A DNA stretch of 64,000 bases, taken from NCBI GenBank assembly GCA_001508005.1, contig LGEZ01000001.1, forward strand, positions 52,392 to 116,391, written 5' to 3'. The stretch is from Clostridia bacterium 41_269. GTDB lineage: Bacteria > Bacillota > DTU086. Below the pieces are notes generated by a model that worked only from the letters and a program-made list of their open reading frames with translations, was not told where the DNA came from and searched no databases. Made by a program: the position numbers and the translations under genes. Within the stretch, counting starts at the first letter, position 1. The number at the start of each line of letters is the position of its first letter. Positions 29,429-39,698 of this stretch are shown here, in pieces.

Positions 29429-29602
29429 ATGCTGAACATTTTAAAGAGATTGTGGGTTGAAGAGGAAGGGCAGGGTTTAAGTGAGTACGGTTTAATTTTA
29501 GCCCTAGTTGCCATAGCGGTTGTAGCTGTTCTGGGACTTTTGGGAGGCAACCTTAGTAATATATTTGATCAAATTGCAAGTAAACTTAATATTGGCGGCT
29601 GA
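29429..29602 (+). CDS. flp: Flp-family type IVb pilin (Tad pilus major subunit), 57 aa
   Basis: The translation is MLNILKRLWVEEEGQGLSEYGLILALVAIAVVAVLGLLGGNL..., containing the Flp motif (G/XXXXEY prepilin-peptidase site followed by a hydrophobic helix). A GGGGGGTGG RBS is present. Absent from the ORF track because it is under 60 aa. Confidence 0.8.
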   Translation: MLNILKRLWVEEEGQGLSEYGLILALVAIAVVAVLGLLGGNLSNIFDQIASKLNIGG

Positions 29603-29640
29603 TGTTGAATATAAGTATCACTTTTTCATACTATCCTGCC

Positions 29641-29696
29641 TTATTATGGCCAGCAGCTGCTTAGAAAAAATACATAACCGCTGCTGGCCATAATAA
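29641..29696 (+). promoter_or_regulatory. Perfect 17-bp inverted repeat (hairpin) between the flp pilin gene and tadV; a candidate attenuator or processing site
   Basis: TTATTATGGCCAGCAGC, a 22-nt loop, then GCTGCTGGCCATAATAA. No T-tract follows. Confidence 0.6.
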
Positions 29697-29702
29697 GCGA
29701 AA

Positions 29703-30254
29703 GTGGTGATTGATGTGTTGTTTCTTAATACAGTTTTAATATTTATGCTTTTAATTTCGCTCTACACAGACATTGTAGAGCGAAAAATTTATAACTGGAC
29801 CACCATTCCTGCTGCTGTTTTGGGAGTGATCCTAAATTTTCTTGCCGACGGTGCTCCAGGGCTTAAAACAAGCCTCATGGGGCTTTTAACGGGGCTGGCA
29901 GTTTTTCTTCTGCCGTTTTTGTTGGGAGGAATGGGAGCGGGAGATGTTAAGCTGATGGGAGCAATTGGGGCTTTAAAAGGTCCCTTTTTCGTTTTTCAGG
30001 TAGCCCTTTATTCCGCCGTTGCTGGGGGCATAATTGCCTTGGCAGTCCTTGTTTATCAAAGGGAACTCGGTGCAGCGTTAAAGAGGATAAGAACTGCGTT
30101 TATACTGCTGTTTTCTGGAAGTTTTTGCTGTAGGGGATTACAAAATCAATTGGAAGTTACCGATGCTGGTCGCAGTTCATTTCCTTATGCTTTGGCAATT
30201 GCCAGCGGAATATTAACAGCTTTTGCAGTGGGGGGAGGTCCATGGCTGCCTTAA
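29703..30254 (+). CDS. Prepilin peptidase TadV/CpaA (A24 family)
   Basis: Polytopic membrane protein with the catalytic-Asp context LISLYTDIVERKIYNW and a G-rich second motif. It immediately follows flp. Confidence 0.75.
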   Translation: MVIDVLFLNTVLIFMLLISLYTDIVERKIYNWTTIPAAVLGVILNFLADGAPGLKTSLMGLLTGLAVFLLPFLLGGMGAGDVKLMGAIGALKGPFFVFQVALYSAVAGGIIALAVLVYQRELGAALKRIRTAFILLFSGSFCCRGLQNQLEVTDAGRSSFPYALAIASGILTAFAVGGGPWLP

Positions 30255-30640
30255 GATTTTTTGCCAGAGATTGCAGAGGTCAAGCCCTTGTTGAGCTGGC
30301 AATGGTAATTCCCATACTCTTAATGCTTCTGTTTGGAGTAATCGAATTTGGTCGCATATTCAATGCTTACCTGATGGTAAATCAAGCATCCAGAGAGGGT
30401 GCCCGAATAGCTGCTGTGGGAGGCAGTGATGAAGAAATAACCATGACGGTTGAAAACTTCTTAGCGCCCCTTGAAACTCAAAAAGTAAAAATTCTGATAG
30501 AACCCCAGGAAGAAAGAATAAGCGGGGAGGGAGTTAGTGTTACTGTTGAATATCAAGTTGATATTATAGCGCCTATTATTTCCAGCATAGTTCCCGACCC
30601 CTTTAATGTTTCTGCAACTACAGTTATGAGGGTGGAATAA
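30242..30640 (+). CDS. TadE-like minor pilin / pseudopilin
   Basis: The N-terminus QALVELAMVIPILLMLLFGVIEFGRIF is the TadE motif. Confidence 0.7.
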   Translation: MAALRFFARDCRGQALVELAMVIPILLMLLFGVIEFGRIFNAYLMVNQASREGARIAAVGGSDEEITMTVENFLAPLETQKVKILIEPQEERISGEGVSVTVEYQVDIIAPIISSIVPDPFNVSATTVMRVE

Positions 30641-30653
30641 AGGATAGGGGCTG

Positions 30654-31595
30654 GTGGTTAAAGTGCCTAAGGCAGTTAGGAAGCTTATAAGTGAAGAAAA
30701 GGGCAGTGCTGTTGTGGTTTTGGCTTTGGCTATGGTTGCCCTTATAGGATTTGCTGCCTTGGTAATAGATGTAGGATTGCTGTTTGCCGAACGTACAAAG
30801 ATGCTTGCCGCAGCGGATGCAAGTGCCATGGCAGGGGTACAGGATATTTTTTCCTCGGAGCAAAAAGCGGAGGTGTCTGCCGAAGAGTACATTGAAAAAA
30901 ATGGTTTTGCTTCGTCTTATTTTGAAATAAATGCTGATGCTGAAGAAAGGACAGTTGCAGTGAAGGGGAAAAAACTTGTCTCACTGTTTTTTGCACGGAT
31001 TTTTGATGAAGAAGCAGCTTTTGTATCTGCAGAAGCAAAAGCTCGTGCGGAGGGGCTTGTCAAGGCATCAGGGGTTGTCCCTTTGGGCATAGAGGAACAG
31101 CCCCTTGTAAAGGGGCAGCTATATACGTTAAAAATTGCTGCTCCTCCCACAGTTAGAGGGGGAACCTTTGGCGCTCTCTCCCTTGGGGGTACAGGGGCAG
31201 ACAGATACAGGGAGAATTTGAAATATGGGTATGACAAGCCAATTTCGGTAGGAGATATCATTGACACGGAAACAGGAAACATGGCTAACCCCACAAGAAC
31301 GGCAGTGGAATATCGAATGCAAAGCTGCAACCATGTTCCCCAGTGCACCCATGAACATTACGAAAGAGGCTGTCCGCGTATAGTAATAGTTCCAGTTTAT
31401 GAGCCCTATTTGATTGAGGGGCAGCAGTTAAAAAAAGTGGTCGTAAAAGGGTTTGCTGCTTTTCTTCTGGATGGACAGACTAAGGTTGGAACGGATTGCT
31501 ATATAAGGGGATATTTTATTGATTATGTCTTTAAGGGAGAAACTGATGATACCCAAGGAGATTATGGAGCTTATGGAGTTAAGCTTATCCAATAG
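30654..31595 (+). CDS. TadG/TadE-like pilus assembly protein
   Basis: N-terminal EKGSAVVVLALAMVALIGFAALVIDVGLLF, of the TadE/G family, followed by a larger extracellular domain. Confidence 0.6.
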   Translation: MVKVPKAVRKLISEEKGSAVVVLALAMVALIGFAALVIDVGLLFAERTKMLAAADASAMAGVQDIFSSEQKAEVSAEEYIEKNGFASSYFEINADAEERTVAVKGKKLVSLFFARIFDEEAAFVSAEAKARAEGLVKASGVVPLGIEEQPLVKGQLYTLKIAAPPTVRGGTFGALSLGGTGADRYRENLKYGYDKPISVGDIIDTETGNMANPTRTAVEYRMQSCNHVPQCTHEHYERGCPRIVIVPVYEPYLIEGQQLKKVVVKGFAAFLLDGQTKVGTDCYIRGYFIDYVFKGETDDTQGDYGAYGVKLIQ

Positions 31596-31630
31596 GGGAG
31601 CCCAAAAGTAGAAATGGAGGCATATCTGCC

Positions 31631-32359
31631 ATGGGTGGGAGAAAAATTTTAATTTTTGCAGTTTTTTTAAGTCTCGTCACAGCAGGAAGTATTTATTATT
31701 ATTTAATACAGTTAAAAACGGGAGCAGGTGATAGTGATTATAAGACCGTGATAGTGGCAGCGGAAGATGTCCCAAAAAATACCTTAATAAAAAGGGAAAT
31801 GCTAAAAAAAATCAGGATTCCAGGTGAGTACGTCGATCCCAATGCTGTAACAAATATTGGAGAAGTGGTGGGGAAAATATCTTCTGTGCCCATTTTCAGG
31901 GGGCAGCAGATAAACAGAAAAGTTCTTGTTGCCATGGGAGATTACAGCAAAGGGCTCTCTTATAGAGTGCCTCAAGGTAAGAGGGCTGTATCGGTGGCGG
32001 TTAACGAGGTTTCCGGGGTGTCAGGACTGATTATTCCAGGTGATCGAGTAGATGTTGTTGCTACATTAGATATTGGCAGCGGTCAGTATGATATATCTCA
32101 GACGGGGTTTGTTTTGCAAAATGTTGAAGTGCTTGCTGTGGGGAAAAAGCTTGATGTTGAACAGGAGAATTTAGGGGAAAAAGCGGAAGGCAGCAGTGTT
32201 GAAAAAACAGTAACTTTAGCGGTTATTCCGAAGGAAGCTCAGTCGCTGGTGCTTGCTTCCGAAAAGGGAGTTATAAGGCTTCTCTTAAGATCACCAGTGG
32301 ATAAGGGAAGGGTAAACATAAATGAATTGCGCTTACAGGACTTTATTACCAGGAGGTGA
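31631..32359 (+). CDS. cpaB: Flp pilus assembly protein CpaB/RcpC (SAF domain)
   Basis: Signal anchor plus a SAF-like domain (KTVIVAAEDVPKNTLIKREML). Position within the tad operon. Confidence 0.7.
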   Translation: MGGRKILIFAVFLSLVTAGSIYYYLIQLKTGAGDSDYKTVIVAAEDVPKNTLIKREMLKKIRIPGEYVDPNAVTNIGEVVGKISSVPIFRGQQINRKVLVAMGDYSKGLSYRVPQGKRAVSVAVNEVSGVSGLIIPGDRVDVVATLDIGSGQYDISQTGFVLQNVEVLAVGKKLDVEQENLGEKAEGSSVEKTVTLAVIPKEAQSLVLASEKGVIRLLLRSPVDKGRVNINELRLQDFITRR

Positions 32360-32364
32360 GAGGG

Positions 32365-33552
32365 ATGCCCGTAAAGGTACTTATAGTAGATGACGTTGCG
32401 GAAACCAGGGATAACGTAAAAAGGCTGCTCAGCTTGGAACCTGATATTCAGGTTGTAGGTGAAGCTTCTAACGGCAGGGAGGCTGTTAGTGAGGTTGCAA
32501 GGCTTCAGCCAGATATAGTTCTCATGGATATAAACATGCCCATTATGGACGGTATATCCGCTACTGAGCAGATATGCCTTCAGAAATCCGGCGCTTCTGT
32601 CATAATTATGTCAGTTCAGGGGGAAGTTGAATATTTAAAAAAAGCAATGCTTGCCGGAGCAAGGGATTATGTTGTAAAGCCCTTTTCCAATGATGAGCTT
32701 GTGGATGCTATCAAACGTGTTTACAACCTTGAGATGAAAAAACGTAACGGCATTATTCGCAGAGCTGTTGATAGTGAACCCCGAATAATATCTGTATTTG
32801 GAACTAAAGGCGGTGTTGGAAAAACAACAGTTGCAGTAAATTTGGCTATTGCTTTGAAGGAAATTACCAACACCGAAGTTGCCCTTGTGGATTTTGACCT
32901 TCAGTTTGGTGATGTGGCTGCTGCTTTGAATATCCTTCCTCGCCGGACAATTGCAGAATTGGTTCAGGAAACGGTAGAGTTTGATTTGGGGCTTTTGGAA
33001 AGCTACATGCTCACTCACAAACAAAGTGGGGTAAGGGTTTTGTGTTCACCTATTAAACCTGAACATTCTGAATTGGTTACACAAAACCATGCGGAGCAGA
33101 TTTTAAAACTACTTAAAAAATCATATAAGTTCGTTATTGTTGATACTCCTTCTTATTTTTCAGATCCGTGTCTTGCTTCGCTGGAAATAAGCAGTCAAAT
33201 TCTAATGGTTGTCACTCCCGATTTGTTGGCGCTGAAAAATGCGAAGTTGGCTCTTAATATAATGGAATCTTTAAAAATGAAAGACAAGGTTGAATTTATT
33301 CTCAATAAAGCTTCCGATGCAACGGGCATTAAGCTTGAAGATATAGAACATGCTCTGGACAAAAGGATATGGGCAAGCATATCTACTAACGTCAAAACCG
33401 CTACAGGGGCGATAAATAAAGGTATTCCCTTTGTAATAAGTCAGGCTGGTTCAAATCTTTCAGAGGATGTTTTTAATATGGCAAGGTTGTTAGTTCAAGG
33501 AAAACCTGCACAAAAGACTCCAAAAGTGCGACTGCTTACGGGAATTTTTTAA
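32365..33552 (+). CDS. cpaE: CpaE/TadZ-type pilus assembly ATPase with an N-terminal response-regulator receiver (REC) domain
   Basis: REC (VLIVDDVAETRD...DINMPIMDG) fused to a ParA/MinD-like deviant Walker A (GTKGGVGKTT). A GGAGGTGAGAGGG RBS precedes ATG 32365. Confidence 0.75.
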   Translation: MPVKVLIVDDVAETRDNVKRLLSLEPDIQVVGEASNGREAVSEVARLQPDIVLMDINMPIMDGISATEQICLQKSGASVIIMSVQGEVEYLKKAMLAGARDYVVKPFSNDELVDAIKRVYNLEMKKRNGIIRRAVDSEPRIISVFGTKGGVGKTTVAVNLAIALKEITNTEVALVDFDLQFGDVAAALNILPRRTIAELVQETVEFDLGLLESYMLTHKQSGVRVLCSPIKPEHSELVTQNHAEQILKLLKKSYKFVIVDTPSYFSDPCLASLEISSQILMVVTPDLLALKNAKLALNIMESLKMKDKVEFILNKASDATGIKLEDIEHALDKRIWASISTNVKTATGAINKGIPFVISQAGSNLSEDVFNMARLLVQGKPAQKTPKVRLLTGIF

Positions 33553-33570
33553 AGAACGGGGGTGGCTTTT

Positions 33571-34938
33571 ATGTCCCTGCTTCAGAGACTTGAAAAGGAA
33601 AAGGGATCAACGGTCATTGCGGCAGAAAGCAAAGTACAGGAAATATCTCCTGATCCATACCGTCAGTTAAAAACTAAGGTTCATTATAGGTTGATCGAAG
33701 AGCTGGAAAGCAGTTCCGAACAAATGGAAGAAAACAAAGAAGAGATTGAGGATCGGGTCAGGAAGTTAGCACTGGAAATTTTGGAACAGGAGGCCGATTT
33801 TGTCCCCCGCAGTGATAAGTATAGAATAGTTGAGGAGATGATTGATGAGGTTTTGGGATATGGGCCCATAACTCCCTTAATAAACGACGACACCATAACG
33901 GAAATCATGGTTAATGGTCCTTATGACATTTATGTGGAAAGAAAAGGAAAAATTGAGAAAGTTAAGGCTAGCTTCAGGGACAATGAACATGTCTTGACTA
34001 TTATAGAGAAAATTGTCGCTCCCCTTGGGCGCCGCATTGATGAGAGTATGCCCATGGTTGATGCCAGGCTTCCGGACGGCTCGAGAGTCAATGCAATAAT
34101 TCCTCCTTTGTCCTTAATAGGTCCTTGCATAACCGTAAGAAAGTTCTCAAAGGATCCCTATACTATGAAAGATCTTATAAAATTTGGGACGCTGACATCA
34201 GAAATGGCAAAGCTTCTTGAGGGGTGCGTAAAATCTAGGCTCAATATAATTGTGTCTGGGGGTACTGGAGCGGGGAAAACCACCCTTTTGAACTGCCTAT
34301 CTGCTTATATTCCCGCTGATGAAAGAATTATTACCATTGAGGATGCTGCAGAACTTCAGCTAAATCAGCCTCATGTAGTGCCTTTGGAGACCAGGCCTCC
34401 TAACATTGAAGGCAAAGGAGCGGTTACAATAAGGGATCTTGTTCGCAATGCCCTGCGTATGCGCCCCAATAGGATCGTTGTGGGAGAAGTAAGGGGAGGA
34501 GAAGCTTTGGACATGCTGCAAGCAATGAATACGGGGCATGATGGTTCAATTACTACGGGTCACGCCAATTCTCCCAGAGATATGCTGTCAAGGTTGGAAA
34601 CTATGGTTCTTATGGCGGGCATGGATCTTCCTGTGAGGGCTATGAGGGAGCAGATTGCTGGTGCCATAGATATTATTGTTCAGGTAAGCCGCTTCCGTGA
34701 CGGCTCCAGAAAGGTTACCCATATTACCGAGGTTTTGGGTCTGGAAGGAGATACCATAGTTACTCAGGATATTTTCCGCTTTGTGCAGGAAGGGATTGAT
34801 CGCGAAGGCAGGATAGTTGGTAAATTTACTGCCACGGGAATCGTTCCGAAATTCAAAGAAAAACTTATAAATAACGGATTTGTTATTCCCGACGATTTGT
34901 TTGTTCCCCTTAACGGTATTAGGGGTGAGTATTCATGA
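33571..34938 (+). CDS. cpaF: Tad secretion ATPase CpaF/TadA (VirB11/GspE superfamily)
   Basis: Walker [10 protein letters not shown], with Asp and His boxes. The RBS GGGGGTGG is 5 nt before ATG 33571. Confidence 0.85.
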   Translation: MSLLQRLEKEKGSTVIAAESKVQEISPDPYRQLKTKVHYRLIEELESSSEQMEENKEEIEDRVRKLALEILEQEADFVPRSDKYRIVEEMIDEVLGYGPITPLINDDTITEIMVNGPYDIYVERKGKIEKVKASFRDNEHVLTIIEKIVAPLGRRIDESMPMVDARLPDGSRVNAIIPPLSLIGPCITVRKFSKDPYTMKDLIKFGTLTSEMAKLLEGCVKSRLNIIVSGGTGAGKTTLLNCLSAYIPADERIITIEDAAELQLNQPHVVPLETRPPNIEGKGAVTIRDLVRNALRMRPNRIVVGEVRGGEALDMLQAMNTGHDGSITTGHANSPRDMLSRLETMVLMAGMDLPVRAMREQIAGAIDIIVQVSRFRDGSRKVTHITEVLGLEGDTIVTQDIFRFVQEGIDREGRIVGKFTATGIVPKFKEKLINNGFVIPDDLFVPLNGIRGEYS

Positions 34939-35891
34939 ATCTTTGGGTGCCCGTTGCCTTAACCTTTGTTACCACTGCATTATGGGTGCTTTTTGTCCAT
35001 GACCTTACAACAAAAAGACGCAGAGAAATTATAAAAAGAATAAATGAGCAGATAGATTATTACGGAAAACAGCAAACCAAGAAAAAAACCTCAGCTACCT
35101 TTAAAGAAGTTCTTCGGCAAATAAGCCGAATATTTGCGGCTCGCAGAATTGCCGTCAAAGTTGAGAGCAGGCTGGTAAAAGCTGGTATTCCTCTTAAAGG
35201 AGAAGAAGGTTTGACGTTGTGGCTTCTTTCAGCAGTGGGTTTTGGTTTTGCCGGCTTTATGATGACGGGAGATTTTGCCTATGCTGTTCTTTTAGGAATT
35301 TTGGGTTCGATCCTGCCTTGGCTTTTTGTAAACAGCTCTATCAATAAGCGCCTTAAAAAACTGGATGCCCAATTAGGGAGTGCCCTTACAATTATGTCCA
35401 ATTCTCTCCGTGCGGGCTTCAGCTTTCTGCAGACTGTAGAATTGGTGAGCAAAGAGATGCCCGATCCCATTGCTTCTGAATTTCGCCGCATGCTTAGGGA
35501 AATGCATTTGGGAACTTCTACCGAACAGGCTTTGATTAATTTAAGTAAAAGGATCGGAAGCAAGGATATTGACCTTGTAGTGACTGCGGTACTTATTCAA
35601 AGGCAGGTGGGGGGCAATTTAGCTGAAGTGCTGGATAATATATCAAATACTATAAGAGAAAGGATCCGTGTGGCAGGAGAAGTAAAAACTCTAACTGCCC
35701 AGGGAAGAATTTCAGGAATAATAATCGGACTTCTTCCGGTTTTTATTGCTTTGGTGCTTTTTATAATCAATAGGGAATATATTATTTCACTGTTTACTGA
35801 TAGAAGGGGAGTAATAATGCTGTCTGTGGGTTTGATTCTGCAGGTTTTAGGGTTGCTGGTAATAAGAAGGATAGTAGATATAAAGCTTTGA
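34935..35891 (+). CDS. tadB: Tad pilus inner-membrane platform protein TadB (GspF-like)
   Basis: T2SSF-like domain with TM helices, translationally coupled to cpaF. Confidence 0.75.
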   Translation: MNLWVPVALTFVTTALWVLFVHDLTTKRRREIIKRINEQIDYYGKQQTKKKTSATFKEVLRQISRIFAARRIAVKVESRLVKAGIPLKGEEGLTLWLLSAVGFGFAGFMMTGDFAYAVLLGILGSILPWLFVNSSINKRLKKLDAQLGSALTIMSNSLRAGFSFLQTVELVSKEMPDPIASEFRRMLREMHLGTSTEQALINLSKRIGSKDIDLVVTAVLIQRQVGGNLAEVLDNISNTIRERIRVAGEVKTLTAQGRISGIIIGLLPVFIALVLFIINREYIISLFTDRRGVIMLSVGLILQVLGLLVIRRIVDIKL

Positions 35892-35961
35892 GAAAAGGAT
35901 TGTAACCCCTTGTAAAAGGAGTTGTTTGCGATGGAATTTAATTTACTAGTAATTTTTTTTC

Positions 35962-36867
35962 TTGCTTTTCTCAGTACTTTTTTTTTTAACGATGGCTCTT
36001 TATGAGATTTTTGTTCAAGATAGAATGGTTGTAAAACACAGAATCATGGAATATGTAAGCAAAGAAGTGGTAGAAGATGCAGTTAAGGAAGAATTGAGCA
36101 AACCTTTAAAGGAAAGGATTTTTAAACCGTTCATTAAAAAACTGTCAGAGGTATTTGAAAGGTTTTTGCCTAGGGGATCTCAGGAGAATTTAAGAGAAAA
36201 GCTAATTATGGCTGGCAATCCCGGCAATTTGAGCCCCAATGAATTTTATACAATAAGATATACGATTACTTTCCTTTTTGGAATTGGAGCGGCTTTGGCA
36301 GGGAGGTATTTCCACTTCAATATTTTTAGAACCGGTGCACTATTTGTGCTTTTTGCTGCAGTGGGCTATATGCTTCCTGAATTGTATTTAATTAGAAGGA
36401 AACAAAGAAGGGCTCTTGAGATTGCTAAGACTTTACCTGACGTGCTTGATCTCCTTACTGTCAGTGTGGAAGCTGGCCTTGGCTTTGACGCTGCGTTGGC
36501 AAAGGTAGTGGAAAAAATGGACGGTATAATTTCCATTGAATTTTCCCGGGTGCTTCAGGAAATCAGAATGGGAAAGCCGCGGAGAGAAGCTTTGAGAGAT
36601 CTCAGCAGAAGGACGGGGGCAGAGGATCTGAATAATTTTATAAGTTCCTTGATTCAAGCAGATCAGCTGGGGGTCAGCATCGCAAATGTTTTAAGGATTC
36701 AGTCAAGGGAAATAAGGCAGAAGAGGCGGCAAATGGCTGAAGAAAAAGCAATGAAAGCTCCCGTCAAAATGGTTATCCCCCTTGTTTTGTTTATTTTCCC
36801 TACAGTATTTATAGTTGTTCTTGGTCCCGCCCTTTTGAGGATTTTCGATGTATTCCTTGCTAGATAA
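35962..36867 (+). CDS. tadC: Tad pilus inner-membrane platform protein TadC (GspF-like). Its true start may be ATG 35931 if the T10 run at 35978-35987 is really T11.
   Basis: T2SSF-like domain. The TTG start at 35962 lacks an RBS, whereas ATG 35931 has AAAGGAG 9 nt upstream but terminates after a T10 run. Confidence 0.7.
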   Translation: MLFSVLFFLTMALYEIFVQDRMVVKHRIMEYVSKEVVEDAVKEELSKPLKERIFKPFIKKLSEVFERFLPRGSQENLREKLIMAGNPGNLSPNEFYTIRYTITFLFGIGAALAGRYFHFNIFRTGALFVLFAAVGYMLPELYLIRRKQRRALEIAKTLPDVLDLLTVSVEAGLGFDAALAKVVEKMDGIISIEFSRVLQEIRMGKPRREALRDLSRRTGAEDLNNFISSLIQADQLGVSIANVLRIQSREIRQKRRQMAEEKAMKAPVKMVIPLVLFIFPTVFIVVLGPALLRIFDVFLAR

Positions 36868-37064
36868 AGTTTTTTTCCTTTGTTTTAACTTCTGTCTTAG
36901 CCAAGACTAATTTTTTATCATTAAAGGATTTTTTTGCAAAAAATAGAAATATGTAAAATGTTTTAAGCCTTCCAAAGACAGCAGCCCTTATTAATTTTTT
37001 CACGGCAGACTTTGGCTGTCTTAAATACCTTCTTTTTTGTTTTCTGAGGAGGGGGTAGGGTATT

Positions 37065-37324
37065 TGAAATCCAGCTCTGGCAGGTTTAAAAGCTGCTATC
37101 AGTGTGTAGCTCTGCTCAGCTGTTTTCCTTATACGAAACTGGATAGGGAGGAGGCGAAAGAAATAGCAGCTTCCTGCACAAAGCCCTACAAGGGCATTAC
37201 AACGGATGTTGTTGAAGTTAAGGGACAGAGTAGAGGCATGAGCCGTAAAAAGGCGTTCAAATATTCCCAGCAGGGTAAAGCCAAATGGATAGGCAGGGAC
37301 CGCATTGAACTCTACTTGGATTAA
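37065..37324 (+). CDS. Hypothetical small basic protein with a CxxC motif. TTG start.
   Basis: A GAGGAGGGGG RBS precedes TTG 37065. 86 aa, CYQC...C. No family recognised. Confidence 0.35.
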
Positions 37325-37344
37325 CCAGGGGAGGGGGAATAAAT

Positions 37345-39564
37345 TTGGAAGAGGGTAAAATTTTATCCTTTTCGGGTCTTAGGGGAAAACTGACGGCTGT
37401 TTTTTTGCTGACTGCCATTGTTCCCCTAGTTGTATTAGCAGTCATAGGATTAAGGGAATATTCCAAAAACTTGACTTCGGAAATAATGAAGGGATACGAA
37501 GAAAGGGCTGAAGGGATATTCAACTGCATAGAAATGACCATCAATGAAGGCAGGAAAACCGTGGAGGTAATTGCAGCTTCGCCCCAAATAAGGGACTGCC
37601 TTACGGCTGCGGCAGGTGCTGCAGAGGAGGCGGGGCTGACCAGCATGGGCGTTGAAGAGATTGAGAGTGCCATGAAGGGGAAAAGCCTGGATGTTCCCGG
37701 AAGGAGCAGCGTAAATCTTTATCTTAAAGAAATAGTCGACACGTCAAAAGGAAAGTTTTCAGAACTCTTCATCACTGGTAAATACGGCAATACCGTTGCT
37801 TTTTCAGGCAGGACTTCCGACTTTGTTCAAAAGGATGAAGAATGGTGGCAGGAGGCTTTTTCAAAAGGCGAATATGTGGGCAATGTGGAGTATGACGATT
37901 CTGCTGGTACTTATGCAGTGCGCATTGCCCTTGCCATAAAGGATGCAGGGGGATCAACCATCGGGGTTATCAGCAGTGCTTTCAACTATTCCGTAATATT
38001 GGCTGTGCTGGATGAAGCTGTGGCGGACATTACCCAGGGGGAAGCTTTTTTGGTGGATCATCAGGGAATGCTCCTGGGGGATACATCTTCCGGACATAAA
38101 GATATTTTAACCAGAAATCTTTTAGAAGAAAAAGGCTCCCTAGGGGAGCAGGTTCTCAAAAATTCAAAGGAAAAAGGTTCCCTTATTTTAAAGGGTAAAG
38201 GCGGAGAAGAATACATCACAGGTTTTGTTAAGAAAAAAGCTGTCAGTGGGTTTGAAGATTTAAACTGGGCAGCGGTGGTTTCCGTTCCCACAAAAGTTGT
38301 TCTTGCACCTGTGGCAGCTATGCGCAATATGGTAATAATTTTAGCATTGGTTTTTGCTGTATTGATCTTTATTGCTGGAAACCTGCTCATCCGCAGAATA
38401 ACCGATCCCATAGTTAAACTGGCAGAAGAAGCCGAAAGGATCAGCAGGGGAGATTTTACAGCTGCCCTTTCAGTGGAAGACCTGGGCAGTGATGAACTGG
38501 GTATTCTTGCCCGATCTTTTGGCGCAATGCTGGAAAATATAAAAGATATAATAATGCGGACCAGGGAAATGGCAGAAAAAACTGCCGGTTCAGCCCGGGA
38601 CCTAAGCGCAGCTGCGGAAGAAAATACCAGAGGGGCTGAGGAGATTGCTGTCACTGTTCAGGAAATTTCCCAGTCTGCTTCTAAGCAGAACGAGATGGCT
38701 GAAAACGTTTTGAATTCCATCAACCAGAGGGCTGAATTTATAAATCAGCTTGCTTTAAGTGCTAAGTCCGTTTCAGATTCTGCAGAGGAAGCAGCAGGTA
38801 AAGCGGAAACGGGTAACAAATCCATAGCCACCGCTGTAAGGCAGATGAATTCCATAAACAGAGTGGTAAAGCAGTCTGCTGATGAAGTTTTTCAGCTGGG
38901 AGAAAGGGCTAAACATATCGGAAAAATTGTTGATACCATTACCGACATAGCTGAGCAGACCAATCTTCTTGCTTTGAATGCTGCCATTGAAGCGGCTAGG
39001 GCTGGAGAGCAGGGCAGGGGATTTGCTGTGGTAGCGGACGAAGTGCGTAAGCTTGCAGAGGAATCCTCTCAGGCTGCTGAAGAGATAGGCAGGCTTATCA
39101 ATGAGATCCAGAAGGATATTCTGGAAGCTGTGGAAGCTATTGAATCAGGAATTGGAGAAGTGGAAACGGGCATGAAGGCTATGGGAGAGGCTGGAAAAGC
39201 CTTCCAGGAAATTCGCAGATCCATTAAAAATATATCAGAGCAGGCGCGGATGTCTGCCGAGGCAGCTCAGGAGCTGGATCAGGGAAGTGCGCTGTTCCAG
39301 GAAGCTGTGGAGGGTGTGGTTAAATTTACTCGGGAGACTGCTGCAGGCACTCAGAATGTGGCAGCGGTTACAGAGGAACAGACTGCTTCTATGGAGGAAG
39401 TTGCTTCTGCTGCCAATACCCTTTCTGAAATGGCAGAAAACCTCATAAAATTTCTTGAGGAGTTTAAGCTTCAGGTCCATGAAATTGAAGAAAGTGAGTC
39501 AGAAAGCGTGGAGAATAAAGAAACATCTCAAGATTCAAATGGTATAAACGAAAATCATAATTAG
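37345..39564 (+). CDS. Methyl-accepting chemotaxis protein (Cache-type periplasmic sensor, HAMP, MA domain)
   Basis: Two TM segments flank a roughly 280-aa sensor. A HAMP domain is followed by a conserved signalling domain ([32 protein letters not shown]). Confidence 0.85.
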   Translation: MEEGKILSFSGLRGKLTAVFLLTAIVPLVVLAVIGLREYSKNLTSEIMKGYEERAEGIFNCIEMTINEGRKTVEVIAASPQIRDCLTAAAGAAEEAGLTSMGVEEIESAMKGKSLDVPGRSSVNLYLKEIVDTSKGKFSELFITGKYGNTVAFSGRTSDFVQKDEEWWQEAFSKGEYVGNVEYDDSAGTYAVRIALAIKDAGGSTIGVISSAFNYSVILAVLDEAVADITQGEAFLVDHQGMLLGDTSSGHKDILTRNLLEEKGSLGEQVLKNSKEKGSLILKGKGGEEYITGFVKKKAVSGFEDLNWAAVVSVPTKVVLAPVAAMRNMVIILALVFAVLIFIAGNLLIRRITDPIVKLAEEAERISRGDFTAALSVEDLGSDELGILARSFGAMLENIKDIIMRTREMAEKTAGSARDLSAAAEENTRGAEEIAVTVQEISQSASKQNEMAENVLNSINQRAEFINQLALSAKSVSDSAEEAAGKAETGNKSIATAVRQMNSINRVVKQSADEVFQLGERAKHIGKIVDTITDIAEQTNLLALNAAIEAARAGEQGRGFAVVADEVRKLAEESSQAAEEIGRLINEIQKDILEAVEAIESGIGEVETGMKAMGEAGKAFQEIRRSIKNISEQARMSAEAAQELDQGSALFQEAVEGVVKFTRETAAGTQNVAAVTEEQTASMEEVASAANTLSEMAENLIKFLEEFKLQVHEIEESESESVENKETSQDSNGINENHN

Positions 39565-39698
39565 GCTTGATATAGAAGATTATGAGGTAAAAATAAAATC
39601 TGTGTAAAAACGACAGTATGGGCAGGAAATAAAAAATATCAGTGGAAAAGGTTAACTGCCCTCTATTTTTTAAACTAATTGAAAGAGGTGTATGGGGA

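Noticed and set aside
36868-37036. Imperfect inverted repeat (CCAAAGACAGCAGCC...GGCTGTCTTAAA) after tadC as a terminator
   Set aside because: The stem requires a bulge, and the T-tract is displaced. It may terminate the tad operon but the evidence is too weak to call.
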